IMG/VR virus record: IMGVR_UViG_2788500073_000001
Location: 16,313-80,312 of that record
Length of the DNA: 64,000 nt
Direction: 5' to 3' (one strand)
Source of the DNA: a virus
Taxonomy: Duplodnaviria > Caudoviricetes
Shown: in pieces, positions 1 through 9,340 of the stretch
Layout of the letters: each line of letters starts with the position of its first letter
Numbering within the stretch: position 1 is the first letter of the stretch
Program-made: the position numbers and the translations under genes
The notes under the pieces: model-generated
What the model was told of the DNA's origin: nothing
Databases searched by the model: none
The model's input: the letters and a program-made list of their open reading frames with translations, nothing else

Positions 1-2
1 GC

Positions 3-1373
3 CTGGCTGTGGGCCTGCCGGAGGGGCAGATGGGCAACTCCGAGGTGGGGCACACCAACATGGGCGCGGGCCGGGTCGTCTACCAAGAGCTGACCCGTAT
101 CACAAAATCCATAAAGGACGGGGATTTTTACCAGAATCCCGTCCTCCTCGCGGGAGTCCGGGCCTGTAAGGAGGGGGATAAAGCCCTCCACCTGCTGGGC
201 CTCCTCTCGGACGGCGGGGTTCACAGCCACCTTTCCCACCTGTTGGGCCTCATCGAGCTGGCCAAGCGGGAGGGGCTTGAGAAGGTCTATGTCCACGCCT
301 TTTTGGACGGGCGGGATGTGCCGCCTCACACTGCCGGCATCTACCTGAAAAAGCTGGTGGAGGGGATGGAAGCCATCGGGGTAGGGAAGCTGGCCACCTT
401 CATGGGCCGCTATTACGCCATGGACCGGGACAACCGCTGGGAGCGGGTGGAGCGGGCCTATGCCGCCATGGTCTATGGGGAAGGCAGCTACAACCCCGAT
501 TATGAGGATGCTCTGGAAAAATCCTATAAAAAAGAGATTACCGATGAATTTGTGGAGCCCACCGTCTGCGACCAGCAGGGGATGATCCGGGAAGGGGACA
601 CGGTGGTATTTTTCAACTTCCGCCCCGACCGCGCCCGGGAGATCACCCGCGCTTTGGTGGACCCGGAATTTACTGGTTTTAACCGGAGATTGGGGTATTT
701 CCCTCTCCATTACATCTGCATGACCCAGTACGACGCCACCATGCCGGGGGTTCAAATTGCCTTTCCGCCGCAAAAGCTGGAAAACACCTTGGGGGAATAC
801 CTCTCCGCCCACGGCAAACGGCAGCTGCGCATCGCCGAGACCGAGAAGTATGCCCACGTCACCTTTTTCTTCAACGGTGGGGTGGAGGCGGTCTATCCTG
901 GTGAGGACCGGGTACTGATCCCCTCTCCCAAGGTAGCCACCTACGATTTGCAGCCGGAGATGAGCGCCTTTGCCGTCACGGAAGAGGCCCTGCGCCGCAT
1001 CGACAGCGGGGAGTATGACGTCATCATCCTCAACTATGCCAACTGCGATATGGTGGGTCACACCGGTGTGTATGAAGCCGCAGTCAAAGCGGTGGAAGCG
1101 GTGGATGCCTGTGTCGGCCAGCTGGTGGACCACCTTTTGAAGGCTGGAGGAGCTGCCCTTATCACAGCGGACCACGGAAACGCAGACCAGATGATGGCTG
1201 AAGATGGCAGCCCGTTTACCGCTCACACCACCAACCCGGTGCCCTTTGTCGCGGCGGGGATTTCCCGCGGCCTGCGGGAGGGTGGAATCCTGGCGGACAT
1301 CGCCCCCACCATGTTGGAGCTGCTGGAACTCCCCCAGCCCACCGAGATGACCGGTCGGTCTCTGCTGCAATAA
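3..1373 (+). CDS. gpmI: 2,3-bisphosphoglycerate-independent phosphoglycerate mutase (5' end outside window)
   Basis: Motifs [50 protein letters not shown]. Confidence 0.97.
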   Translation: MAVGLPEGQMGNSEVGHTNMGAGRVVYQELTRITKSIKDGDFYQNPVLLAGVRACKEGDKALHLLGLLSDGGVHSHLSHLLGLIELAKREGLEKVYVHAFLDGRDVPPHTAGIYLKKLVEGMEAIGVGKLATFMGRYYAMDRDNRWERVERAYAAMVYGEGSYNPDYEDALEKSYKKEITDEFVEPTVCDQQGMIREGDTVVFFNFRPDRAREITRALVDPEFTGFNRRLGYFPLHYICMTQYDATMPGVQIAFPPQKLENTLGEYLSAHGKRQLRIAETEKYAHVTFFFNGGVEAVYPGEDRVLIPSPKVATYDLQPEMSAFAVTEEALRRIDSGEYDVIILNYANCDMVGHTGVYEAAVKAVEAVDACVGQLVDHLLKAGGAALITADHGNADQMMAEDGSPFTAHTTNPVPFVAAGISRGLREGGILADIAPTMLELLELPQPTEMTGRSLLQ

Positions 1374-1515
1374 GGAAAATCTCTCCATTTGTTCACAAAT
1401 TAGCGGTCAATCTTTCACAAAGGTGTATTGTACTTTCAAAAAAAGGGTATTATACTAAAAACAGTATTCATCATCTGCCGTGGCCGTCCGCCCGGCATAG
1501 ACGGGAGGAAATACC

Positions 1516-1782
1516 ATGAAAAAAGGTTATCTCATATCCATTATTGCGCTTTTGGTCGCCCTGGTGGGCGTTGTAGTGGCCCTTGCCGCCTACTTTAAAC
1601 GGAAAAACGATGCCCTTTGTGACGAGTACGGCGACGACCTGCTGGGCGCAGAGCCTGATGACCTGGACTACTATTCCACCCAGGTGGAGCCCAGCTGTGA
1701 AGAAGAGGAAGCCCAAGCGGAAGTGCCCGCTGAGGAGCCTGCTTCTGGGGATGAGGAGCCGGTAGCCAACATAGAAGAATAG
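1516..1782 (+). CDS. small protein with N-terminal membrane anchor and acidic tail
   Basis: RBS GGAGG before ATG; hydrophobic N-terminal helix. Confidence 0.75.
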   Translation: MKKGYLISIIALLVALVGVVVALAAYFKRKNDALCDEYGDDLLGAEPDDLDYYSTQVEPSCEEEEAQAEVPAEEPASGDEEPVANIEE

Positions 1783-1819
1783 TCTCAAGAAAAAGTTCGA
1801 TAGCATCTGAAAAAACTTC

Positions 1820-1848
1820 TTGACAATCTCTGCTCGCTGTGGTATTCT
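1820..1848 (+). promoter_or_regulatory. sigmaA-type promoter of the tRNA locus
   Basis: TTGACA-17 nt-TATTCT. Confidence 0.7.
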
Positions 1849-1883
1849 ATATAGGCACCCAAAGAGAGTGCTTAATACAATAT

Positions 1884-1940
1884 CGCGGAGTGGAGCAGTT
1901 CGGTAGCTCGTCGGGCTCATAACGAACCCACTTTCGCAAC
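1884..1940 (+). pseudogene. truncated tRNA-fMet copy
   Basis: 1884-1923 matches the first 40 nt of the downstream tRNA (1 mismatch) and breaks just after the CAT anticodon loop; only a remnant 'tttcgcaac' 3' end follows. Confidence 0.7.
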
Positions 1941-1977
1941 AAAATTCGAGAGCGCACAACTAAATAATTCGGTATTC

Positions 1978-2054
<77 letters not shown>

Positions 2055-2240
2055 ATACCGCTCTACAAGCGGCTTTGTGCCACTTATAGAGCACCAGGAT
2101 CTGGGGAGTGAATTTTTCGTTTCGAGACGAATGGGTTCACTCCTCAGATTTTGTTTGTCCATAAAAAAATGATCTCGTTGCGCTGCCGGCCCCAGATTAC
2201 CACGGGATATTACCTTTGACCGTTCGCGCAACATCTTCAC

Positions 2241-3953
2241 TTAAAAGCTGTCCATCAAACACTTCTTTCGCTGTTCCGCACCATGGGAATAGCGCAAAGT
2301 TGTTGATTTATCGGCATGGCCTACGATTTCAGAAATGGATGGCAGATCTTCCGGATGCCTCTGAACCATTTCTGTGATAAAACTATGCCGTGTAGAATGA
2401 ACAGTGACATTCTTTACGCCGCAGCTTTCCAAAAAACGCTTGAAGTGCGTATCAAATGTCTTGGGGTCATAGGGCCTAAGCAAAGGAGTTACCAATAGAA
2501 AGTTCTCCGTACCATGATTTGGGCAGTGGTCAACGCTGTAACCTAAAAGCCGCTCCTGGTAGGCGATCAATCTTCTGACGCACTCCTTCACCTGGGACCC
2601 GACCGGGAATTCCCGGATTGACGAGTCTGTTTTTGGCGGGCCTAAATAAAGGCCCGTTTTGTTTTTCTTCTTTGCCCAAGTGTCTACTCGCTGATAGTCC
2701 GGCGCCTGCTGTGCGTTGGGATGTTCCATTCGAGTAAGGGATTTTTCAATCCGGAAAAAACCAATGTTAGATCCGATTTGCCCAAGCTGCAAACCCAGCA
2801 GCTCCCCTTTCCGCATCCCTGTGCGCAGAAGGATCACAACGGCCCAGCCGATGGGGGAGTCAGATTCCATCCCTCTCTCCACCAGTAAGTTTTCCTGCTC
2901 TTCGGTGATAAGAGGGATTGCTTTCGCCCGGTGAAACTTCAGTTCCACTTCTCTGGCCGGATTGTGATCTATGAGTTTTTTGGGATTTACCGCATAGTTC
3001 AGTGCCTTTTTGAGCATATTCCGCATGTCGGTAAGAGTTTTATGGGATAAACCGCCCTCTTTTCCATCGGCCCGGCCGGAACAGGCTTTCAAATCAAAGA
3101 AACCCTGCAGCATTTCGGTTGTCACTTCCTGAAGCCGGCGTTCACCGAAATGGGGAAGGAAATGGGCCTGGATATACATGCGGTACTTCTTTTTTGTGCT
3201 GGGCCGGAGGCTGGTTTTCCCGGCATGGTCCAGCCAGGACATCAAATAACCGCAAAAAGTATCCTTGTTCTTTCCCACAAACGTACCATTGTCGATGGCG
3301 ACTTGGATAGCCCGGAGTTTCTTCCGGGCCTCTTTTTCTGTGTGCGCATAAACGCTTTCTGTGCGGCCTTTCAAACAATAACGGCCTTCATAAAAGCCTT
3401 CCTTCCTCAACCGCACCCCATCGCGGAAGGGCCCATGCTTTTCGCCTTTTGGCAGCGTGTGCGAACCGTGGAACCTTCCAGCTGGGAATCCGGCTGCTTT
3501 CAGGATCTCATCCAGGCTTTCTTCCGAATTGGTAAATGCGCCCTGCTGCACGGCTTGTTCAAAAGCGCGGTATTTTGCCTTCGCCTCCTCTTCAGAGACG
3601 GCGCCGATCCGATACTTCTTTCCCTGGACGCGCATCGCAACGCGCCAGGAATTAGGGGAATTGCGGTTGATGTTATAAGAACTGATCGCCGCCGGCAGCT
3701 CTCTCAGAACCCCGGCCGGGTAGCCGTTTTCCTTCAAGTAAAGATCCAAAAGGTCTTTGGAGCCGTCGAACGACTCTTTTTGGGCAAATTGAAGCGCAAG
3801 ATTCAACTTCTTCGTTGCCTCATCACGGGATATTGCTTGCATAAACAGGCGCTTTCCGTGATGAGAAAAGCTGGCTTGCCAAACGCCATTGGCGTATCGG
3901 CGAATATTCCCTGTCCCCTTTTTACGGGGTAATTCTCCCGTAGATCCTTGCAT
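2241..3953 (-). CDS. tyrosine integrase with extended N-terminus
   Basis: TGMRKGE, PKT, HSTRH, GH, Y catalytic motifs; SAM-like core-binding region; start moved to the ATG after RBS GGGAGG. Confidence 0.93.
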   Translation of the reverse strand: MQGSTGELPRKKGTGNIRRYANGVWQASFSHHGKRLFMQAISRDEATKKLNLALQFAQKESFDGSKDLLDLYLKENGYPAGVLRELPAAISSYNINRNSPNSWRVAMRVQGKKYRIGAVSEEEAKAKYRAFEQAVQQGAFTNSEESLDEILKAAGFPAGRFHGSHTLPKGEKHGPFRDGVRLRKEGFYEGRYCLKGRTESVYAHTEKEARKKLRAIQVAIDNGTFVGKNKDTFCGYLMSWLDHAGKTSLRPSTKKKYRMYIQAHFLPHFGERRLQEVTTEMLQGFFDLKACSGRADGKEGGLSHKTLTDMRNMLKKALNYAVNPKKLIDHNPAREVELKFHRAKAIPLITEEQENLLVERGMESDSPIGWAVVILLRTGMRKGELLGLQLGQIGSNIGFFRIEKSLTRMEHPNAQQAPDYQRVDTWAKKKNKTGLYLGPPKTDSSIREFPVGSQVKECVRRLIAYQERLLGYSVDHCPNHGTENFLLVTPLLRPYDPKTFDTHFKRFLESCGVKNVTVHSTRHSFITEMVQRHPEDLPSISEIVGHADKSTTLRYSHGAEQRKKCLMDSF

Positions 3954-4031
3954 AACTGTTCCTCCCTTCTGATCTCGGGACAAACAAAAACTCGCCTGGC
4001 AAATCATTCAGCTGTAAAACGGGTGTGAATA

Positions 4032-4310
4032 TTATACGCCTTCACATTCCATTTCGTCCAGCTGCTTTTTGCACAAGCGAGCCGCGTACCATTTGGTAAA
4101 TACGCTTTTGGGAACCAGGATAAACTTGCTGTCTGGAACCGTTATAGCAGGAAAATCCTCTGATTTCAGAAGTTTGTAGGCTGTCCCCAAGCTGACCCCC
4201 ATGTACTGAGAAATATGCTTGGCCTGAAGGGTGGGGGGATAGCTTTCTAAATCCGCTTCGATCAAGTTGACCATTTCTTCGTATAATGGCTTTTCATTCT
4301 CAGTGTTCAT
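4032..4310 (-). CDS. excisionase-like HTH protein
   Basis: Pattern 'ISQYMGVSLGTAYKLLKSEDFPAI...ILVPK...W' directly upstream of the integrase. Confidence 0.8.
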   Translation of the reverse strand: MNTENEKPLYEEMVNLIEADLESYPPTLQAKHISQYMGVSLGTAYKLLKSEDFPAITVPDSKFILVPKSVFTKWYAARLCKKQLDEMECEGV

Positions 4311-4325
4311 CTTTTCTCACCTCTT

Positions 4326-5339
4326 TTACCTTGAAAGTCTGGAAAGGCCCTGCAAAAGCGTCTCGACAGACTGAATGGCTTGCTGCAATCCTTGCCGCCA
4401 CCGCTTTCGCTCTATGCCTTTCAGCGCCAATTCGTTGACGCAAAGGTCCTGAATTTTGATAAGGCTGCCGTGGATGTCTGTAAGCAGCTCCTGTGCCTGC
4501 AAGGATCCGCTCCGGCTGGGGGGAAGTGAGAAATACTTTTTTGCGGCCTCCCTTACAGATGCGGTTTCTTTGCACACAGCCTTTTTCTTCTTCGTTGCTG
4601 AGCTACACAGCCGTTCGCTCTGGAGCAGAACCTGTTCCAGTTCTTTCTGCCGGAAAACAGGTGCCTGGTTATTGTAAGATAACCGCCCATTTACCGGTTC
4701 ATAGATTACCAATCTGGATTTTGGAAGCTGGTTGTTACGGAGTGCGTTCAGATATTGCTGCTCGGAATAGACCTGGTATGGGATTTCGCCTTCTATCATT
4801 TTTTGCCGAAGGTTTTGATACCGGCACTGATCCCTGTATCTGCAGCTATTTGAACAGGACTGCACATGGATCAAATTTTTGGTAGAACGGTCCAAACCCT
4901 GAGTGGTAAGGCGCCGTTCCAATTTGTCGGAAAGATCATGCCCATTTGCTTTTGCATTTTTGAGGCGTTTAATGCACACATAGCAGTCTGCAGATTCTTT
5001 TACCGCAAGCCGTGTGGAAGCGAGATAGCCGAGATCCCGCAGGCAGTCCAAAAGGCGCTGCAATTTTTCCGCATTCGCTTTTTGAGTTTTCTGGCTGCAT
5101 ACCAGGATCACCGTTGCAGGAGCTTTTTGACAACATTTTACGCCGATGATTGTAGCAATCGTTCCTGCCAGTAAATCCCTGGCAGGGCGCTCAAACCGGC
5201 TCTCTGACATTGCAGGAAGCATCGGCCGAGCCGATTCCAAAACCGGAAGAAGATCGGAATACCCCTGCTTTTGCACTTCCTGAACCAGATTTTCCAAAAT
5301 AAGTTCAGGTGTAAGGCCTTTCTTCCTGGTTTTGGGCAT
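4326..5339 (-). CDS. degenerate DinG/YoaA-like Fe-S domain protein
   Basis: YVCIKRL and C-x3-C-x5-CRY cysteine pattern as in DinG-family Fe-S regions; no Walker A or C-terminal helicase domain seen. Confidence 0.5.
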   Translation of the reverse strand: MPKTRKKGLTPELILENLVQEVQKQGYSDLLPVLESARPMLPAMSESRFERPARDLLAGTIATIIGVKCCQKAPATVILVCSQKTQKANAEKLQRLLDCLRDLGYLASTRLAVKESADCYVCIKRLKNAKANGHDLSDKLERRLTTQGLDRSTKNLIHVQSCSNSCRYRDQCRYQNLRQKMIEGEIPYQVYSEQQYLNALRNNQLPKSRLVIYEPVNGRLSYNNQAPVFRQKELEQVLLQSERLCSSATKKKKAVCKETASVREAAKKYFSLPPSRSGSLQAQELLTDIHGSLIKIQDLCVNELALKGIERKRWRQGLQQAIQSVETLLQGLSRLSR

Positions 5340-5354
5340 ATAGCTTTCTCCTTC

Positions 5355-5812
5355 CGCTGTGTAATTACGCTTTATAGCACAGAACTGCAGCCAAACGTAT
5401 TTGGCTGCAGATACTCTGCCATAAAGCAGATGTTAAACCTATGAATGTCCCCTCTGAGACTTTACCGAACTCCAGGGCGGGGACCCTGGAAAACCACCCT
5501 TCTCTTGGTCGCTGGCCAATGCTCAGACTCATAACACCGGGCACCGGATCCGCACTCTGCCATTATCCAATGGCTGTGGTCCGAACCGCTGATGTTCTCG
5601 AATTTCCAACATCGAGCTGCCTCTCGCTGTGACGCCGCCGGGCAGAAGTAACTTTAAAAACCTCCCCCATTGTCATCGCGCACGGCCAGCGACGGCCGTT
5701 CCAAGGACGATCAACAGGCTCAATGAGCGCCTAGACTGTCCTCATCGCTTACCCACTCCCGGGCTGGGGGAATCTTCAAGGTGGCGAGGTCGTATGCGGT
5801 TTTCAAAGTGCA
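5355..5812 (-). ncRNA. candidate ~460-nt structured leader RNA upstream of the DinG-like/xis/int operon
   Basis: No credible ORF; starts with boxA-like GCACTTTGAAAAC; multiple hairpins and a long-range GTCGCTGGCC/GGCCAGCGAC pair. Confidence 0.5.
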
Positions 5813-5852
5813 GCTATATTACCAACCTCCTAAAAGAGGCTGATAGCGATAT

Positions 5853-6131
5853 TTATAGGGATGTATCTTGCAATGCCATTTCCCGTGCAGCTTCCATAGA
5901 TGCTTCGGGGAAAAGCTCATCCAGCGTCAAATGAGGCGCCAGAGTATCCCTGAGAATCAGGCAGTCTTGCATTGTTAAGTTGCTGCCATCACTTTTCTGC
6001 AAACGGCGTGAGAGAGTGTCGGCTTTTACATCACAGATCAGCGCCAGTTCTTTGAGCGTGTATCCCTGGATGACTGCGACCTTTATGATCGTCTTATAAA
6101 AATACTTGTCAAAATCAACTTTTCTTGTCAT
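5853..6131 (-). CDS. Cro-like XRE HTH regulator
   Basis: 'TLKELALICDVKADTLSRRL' HTH; RBS GGAGG before ATG at 6131. Confidence 0.75.
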   Translation of the reverse strand: MTRKVDFDKYFYKTIIKVAVIQGYTLKELALICDVKADTLSRRLQKSDGSNLTMQDCLILRDTLAPHLTLDELFPEASMEAAREMALQDTSL

Positions 6132-6411
6132 ATAAGCCTCCCGTTTCAAGCCTTTGGACGCCTTTGGAATCGCAACAATGTTTTGCAAATTTACAAAATC
6201 TAATTTTCTAAAAAAATTAAATTTTTTGGCATCCAAAACCCGTAATAAAAAGGAGAACTCCTTGTAAATACGATTTTATAGCGTATTAGCAGAAATGTCA
6301 ACTATTGCAAATCTCGCAATCTGTTAAATTAAAACCCTATATTCGCAAAATTATAAATATAAAATTCAACTAAAATTTTGTTATTTAATTAAAAAACAGC
6401 CGTGTTTTCGC

Positions 6412-6440
6412 TTGAAGTAACTATATAATTCTGTTATAAT
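6412..6440 (+). promoter_or_regulatory. sigmaA promoter of the divergent repressor
   Basis: TTGAAG-17 nt-TATAAT with extended TG. Confidence 0.65.
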
Positions 6441-6473
6441 GAAATCGGATAGATTTTCAAAGAAGGGGTTTTT

Positions 6474-6880
6474 ATGTCGCTTTCAGAGAAAGAAGTATTT
6501 TTTCTTTGCTCAGGAATAATCACACGACTCTGCTTTCTTTGTGCAAACAGGTTGGTGTGCCATATTACCGAATTATGAACCGCCTGAATAAAGGAGCCTT
6601 GGAAGAACTTTATCTGACAGATCTCGGCCCCATCTGCCAGGGGCTTGGCGTTTCCCTGGAAGACCTGACCAGCCTTTTGAAGCGCGCACAAAATGAGGAA
6701 TTTCCCGATGATTACCCACGCGAGCAAATCATTCTCCCTCCAGTCAATAACGAGTCGCTGAAAGACAGGACCATTGTTATGCTCGTGACCGCAGAAGAGA
6801 AAAAGATGATAGAGGAAAGGCGTGAAGCTGTGCAAGCGGCTGTTGAGCGGGCGCTCCAGAATCAAAAAGATAAAGGTTAA
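6474..6880 (+). CDS. CI-like HTH repressor, apparently frameshifted in a T6 run near its start
   Basis: HTH-like 'LLSLCKQVGVPYYRIMNRL...ICQGLGVSLEDL'; the RBS-linked ATG at 6474 is out of frame with the main ORF 6506-6880. Confidence 0.65.
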
Positions 6881-6923
6881 AAAAACAGGTAAGCATTCTA
6901 TCAAAAGATGCTTACCTGTTTTT
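6880..6923. terminator. bidirectional intrinsic terminator
   Basis: AAAAACAGGTAAGCAT...ATGCTTACCTGTTTTT between convergent genes. Confidence 0.85.
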
Positions 6924-6941
6924 CGTTATGAAACAACTTGG

Positions 6942-7400
6942 CTACTCGTTTGTGAAGAACCCGAAAACCAAACTGTTTAATGTGTCCTCATCCAGCTCTG
7001 TGAAGTTTTCCGGCTCGGGGTGGTTGTCTTCAGCTGGCTCAGAAGGAGGTGCCGAAACATCCTCCTGTGCTGCAGATTCCGAAGTTTCTGACGGCTCCGG
7101 TTTGGGCTGTACCACAATAGGCGGTTCTGAATCCTCATTTTTCGGTTTTCCCGGTTTTTCAGTGGTAGGGATATTGTAACTCGAATAGTCGCCGACAAAG
7201 ATGTAGCTTCGTTTTCCAGACACCGAAATCGTTTCTCCCGCATGATTTTGGAGGAATTCTATAACGGCCTGTACGATCAAATCTCTGGCTCCGCCACGCG
7301 GCAGGGATTTTAAGACACTGTAAACTATGTCATGAGCCGGATCGACACCAAGCGGCTTGAAGCCGATATTTATTTTTTGCGCCTGACGTGTCTCGCTCAA
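6942..7400 (-). CDS. putative ParR-like centromere-binding adaptor
   Basis: Small gene directly after parM; RHH-like N-terminus, acidic disordered tail ending in a short hydrophobic helix. Confidence 0.55.
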   Translation of the reverse strand: MSETRQAQKINIGFKPLGVDPAHDIVYSVLKSLPRGGARDLIVQAVIEFLQNHAGETISVSGKRSYIFVGDYSSYNIPTTEKPGKPKNEDSEPPIVVQPKPEPSETSESAAQEDVSAPPSEPAEDNHPEPENFTELDEDTLNSLVFGFFTNE

Positions 7401-7414
7401 AGTGTCTCACTCCT

Positions 7415-8389
7415 TTACTTCTGACCTTTCAGCAGAGTGCGTGCAAACGTCTCAAAGCCTTTTGCGTTCGCTTTCAGGTCATTGACAACCACATAGCTGC
7501 CAGTGCTTTCTGCGGCATATTTCTCAATAAAGGGCTTGAGCAGGATCGAACCGCCTCCGCAGAAGACCACATAGCTGGACATCCAGTCTTCCCCGGCTTC
7601 TCGGTATTCGTCAAAGATAGCCTTCACATGGGCTTCAGCCACTTCCATTACAACCCGCACATGCTCCGGTTTGAAGAAACCAGGCTTGCCCTTGATAATG
7701 TCGTCGATCTGATCCTCTGTGATCCGCCGGCCGAATTCGTTCTGAAGCCGCAGCTGGATGCTGTTATACATCGGGATAACGCCCATATCCAAAGAAGACA
7801 TATTGGGATCGGGGCGGCCGTTCACCAGATGGACGGTATCCACGGTGCCACCACCAATATCGACTACATGGATACTGGGCTGCCGGATAATCTCAGGGGA
7901 AAGGGTCAACAGAATGGAATACGCCTGGGGGCAGACGATCACATCGCTGATAGTGATCTGATGGCTGACACCGCCGCACTGGAAGCGGTAAACGCCGCCA
8001 TCTTTGAGAAAGTAATCCCGATAAGTCTGGGCCAGCTTAGCGCTGGCCATGTGTCCGGGAGGCAGGCCTACGGCCAGGACAATTTTGCTGGTGGGGTTCA
8101 TGTGGCGGGCCTGCATTTCCTTGGCTACAGCGATCAAGGTGAGATAGAGATGGTTCTCGTTGATGCTCTTGTCCCGTTCGTAGGCCAGCCGCTTGTTGCT
8201 TACGACATAATACTGCCCATTGATCAGCAGCAGATCCATGGGGTCAGGCGGCGCGACGGCCGGACGGTTCGGCAACTTCTGGATTCCCGCCAAAGTAATA
8301 GAGCCGGCAGTTTTTACGAGCTTATTACCGCTGTCACAGCCAATGACGGTTGTGATGGGTTCAGGCTGGTTGGTGATAATCGACATCAT
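7415..8389 (-). CDS. parM: ParM/StbA actin-like partition ATPase
   Basis: GCDSGNKLVK, VGLPP, PQA, VDIGGGTVD, FCGGGS actin-fold motifs. Confidence 0.88.
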   Translation of the reverse strand: MMSIITNQPEPITTVIGCDSGNKLVKTAGSITLAGIQKLPNRPAVAPPDPMDLLLINGQYYVVSNKRLAYERDKSINENHLYLTLIAVAKEMQARHMNPTSKIVLAVGLPPGHMASAKLAQTYRDYFLKDGGVYRFQCGGVSHQITISDVIVCPQAYSILLTLSPEIIRQPSIHVVDIGGGTVDTVHLVNGRPDPNMSSLDMGVIPMYNSIQLRLQNEFGRRITEDQIDDIIKGKPGFFKPEHVRVVMEVAEAHVKAIFDEYREAGEDWMSSYVVFCGGGSILLKPFIEKYAAESTGSYVVVNDLKANAKGFETFARTLLKGQK

Positions 8390-8404
8390 AATGTCCTCCT
8401 AAAT

Positions 8405-9172
8405 TTACCAAAAAAGTGTTGGATTGATTTCCTGTGTGAAGTGATTTCCCGCCAGAGCATGGAGAGGCTTTTTCATGTAGAGCGGTATTCTGTGCCGCCG
8501 GCATGTCTCGGCAATTTCAGAAAGCCATTCCGGCTGGATCAGCTTTCTGTACCTTAATCTGCCTGTCCCCAACAGCATCCATTCCGGTTTGTACGGAGAA
8601 GCCTTCAGATACTGTTCCAGGTCAATGCGGCTTCGCATCGGCTCCATGACCAGGTAACGCACATCGGGGACCTCTGTTTGCAAAAGCCGTTGAAGCTGGC
8701 CCTGACGGTCAATCCATACGCCATAGATGGAATTGGGGCTTTTCATCGGGAATTCCAGATACCTCTCGGGGAACCGCGTCAGAAAGAAATACTGATGAAG
8801 CGGCGCCGAAGCGGCAGCGTTCAAAACCTCATAGATCACAGAACTCGGCACCCAGGGGGCAAATAGATCTCCCTTGTGGCAGACGGCGATATTCTCAGGT
8901 GTGTTCATATCCTGAAGTTCGCTCAGCCGATAGGGGCAGTAGGTGGGGTCAAACTTATAGGGGAATGCTACTTCAGTTCCGAACACTTCGTCATGCAAAG
9001 GCTCCGTGAGCGTATGAAATTCCCCGGTTTCGCATTCCCCGTCTAAAGACATCCAGTATAGCAGATCCCTTTTTCCGCCAACTTCCCGGATCAGACGCGC
9101 CGCCCGAAACAAGTAGGCGCTGTTCACGCCACCGGTCAACGGATCCCAGGATTTAAAGCGTAATTCGCTCAA
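8405..9172 (-). CDS. phage Gp37/Gp68 (DUF5131)-like protein
   Basis: SWDPLTG, GDLF, HQYFFLTRFPER, EPM, IPLYMK motifs; radical-SAM cysteines not evident. Confidence 0.7.
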   Translation of the reverse strand: MSELRFKSWDPLTGGVNSAYLFRAARLIREVGGKRDLLYWMSLDGECETGEFHTLTEPLHDEVFGTEVAFPYKFDPTYCPYRLSELQDMNTPENIAVCHKGDLFAPWVPSSVIYEVLNAAASAPLHQYFFLTRFPERYLEFPMKSPNSIYGVWIDRQGQLQRLLQTEVPDVRYLVMEPMRSRIDLEQYLKASPYKPEWMLLGTGRLRYRKLIQPEWLSEIAETCRRHRIPLYMKKPLHALAGNHFTQEINPTLFW

Positions 9173-9215
9173 TTTTGTTTCACCTCTTCTCCAGCATAAA
9201 ATCCTTTCATAATGT

Positions 9216-9246
9216 ATATAGTAAAAAAAATGAAATTTACGACCGA
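9216..9246 (-). promoter_or_regulatory. class II element promoter (copy 1)
   Basis: GGTCGT-N15-TACTATA; same motif and spacing at four other sites. Confidence 0.65.
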
Positions 9247-9340
9247 AATTTGCGGAAATGAGGGCCCTAATTTTAATTTTTTGAAAAGCGCATATTTGCG
9301 CAACAAAAAAAGCCGCACAGAGGCGGCTTTTTCGATTGGC

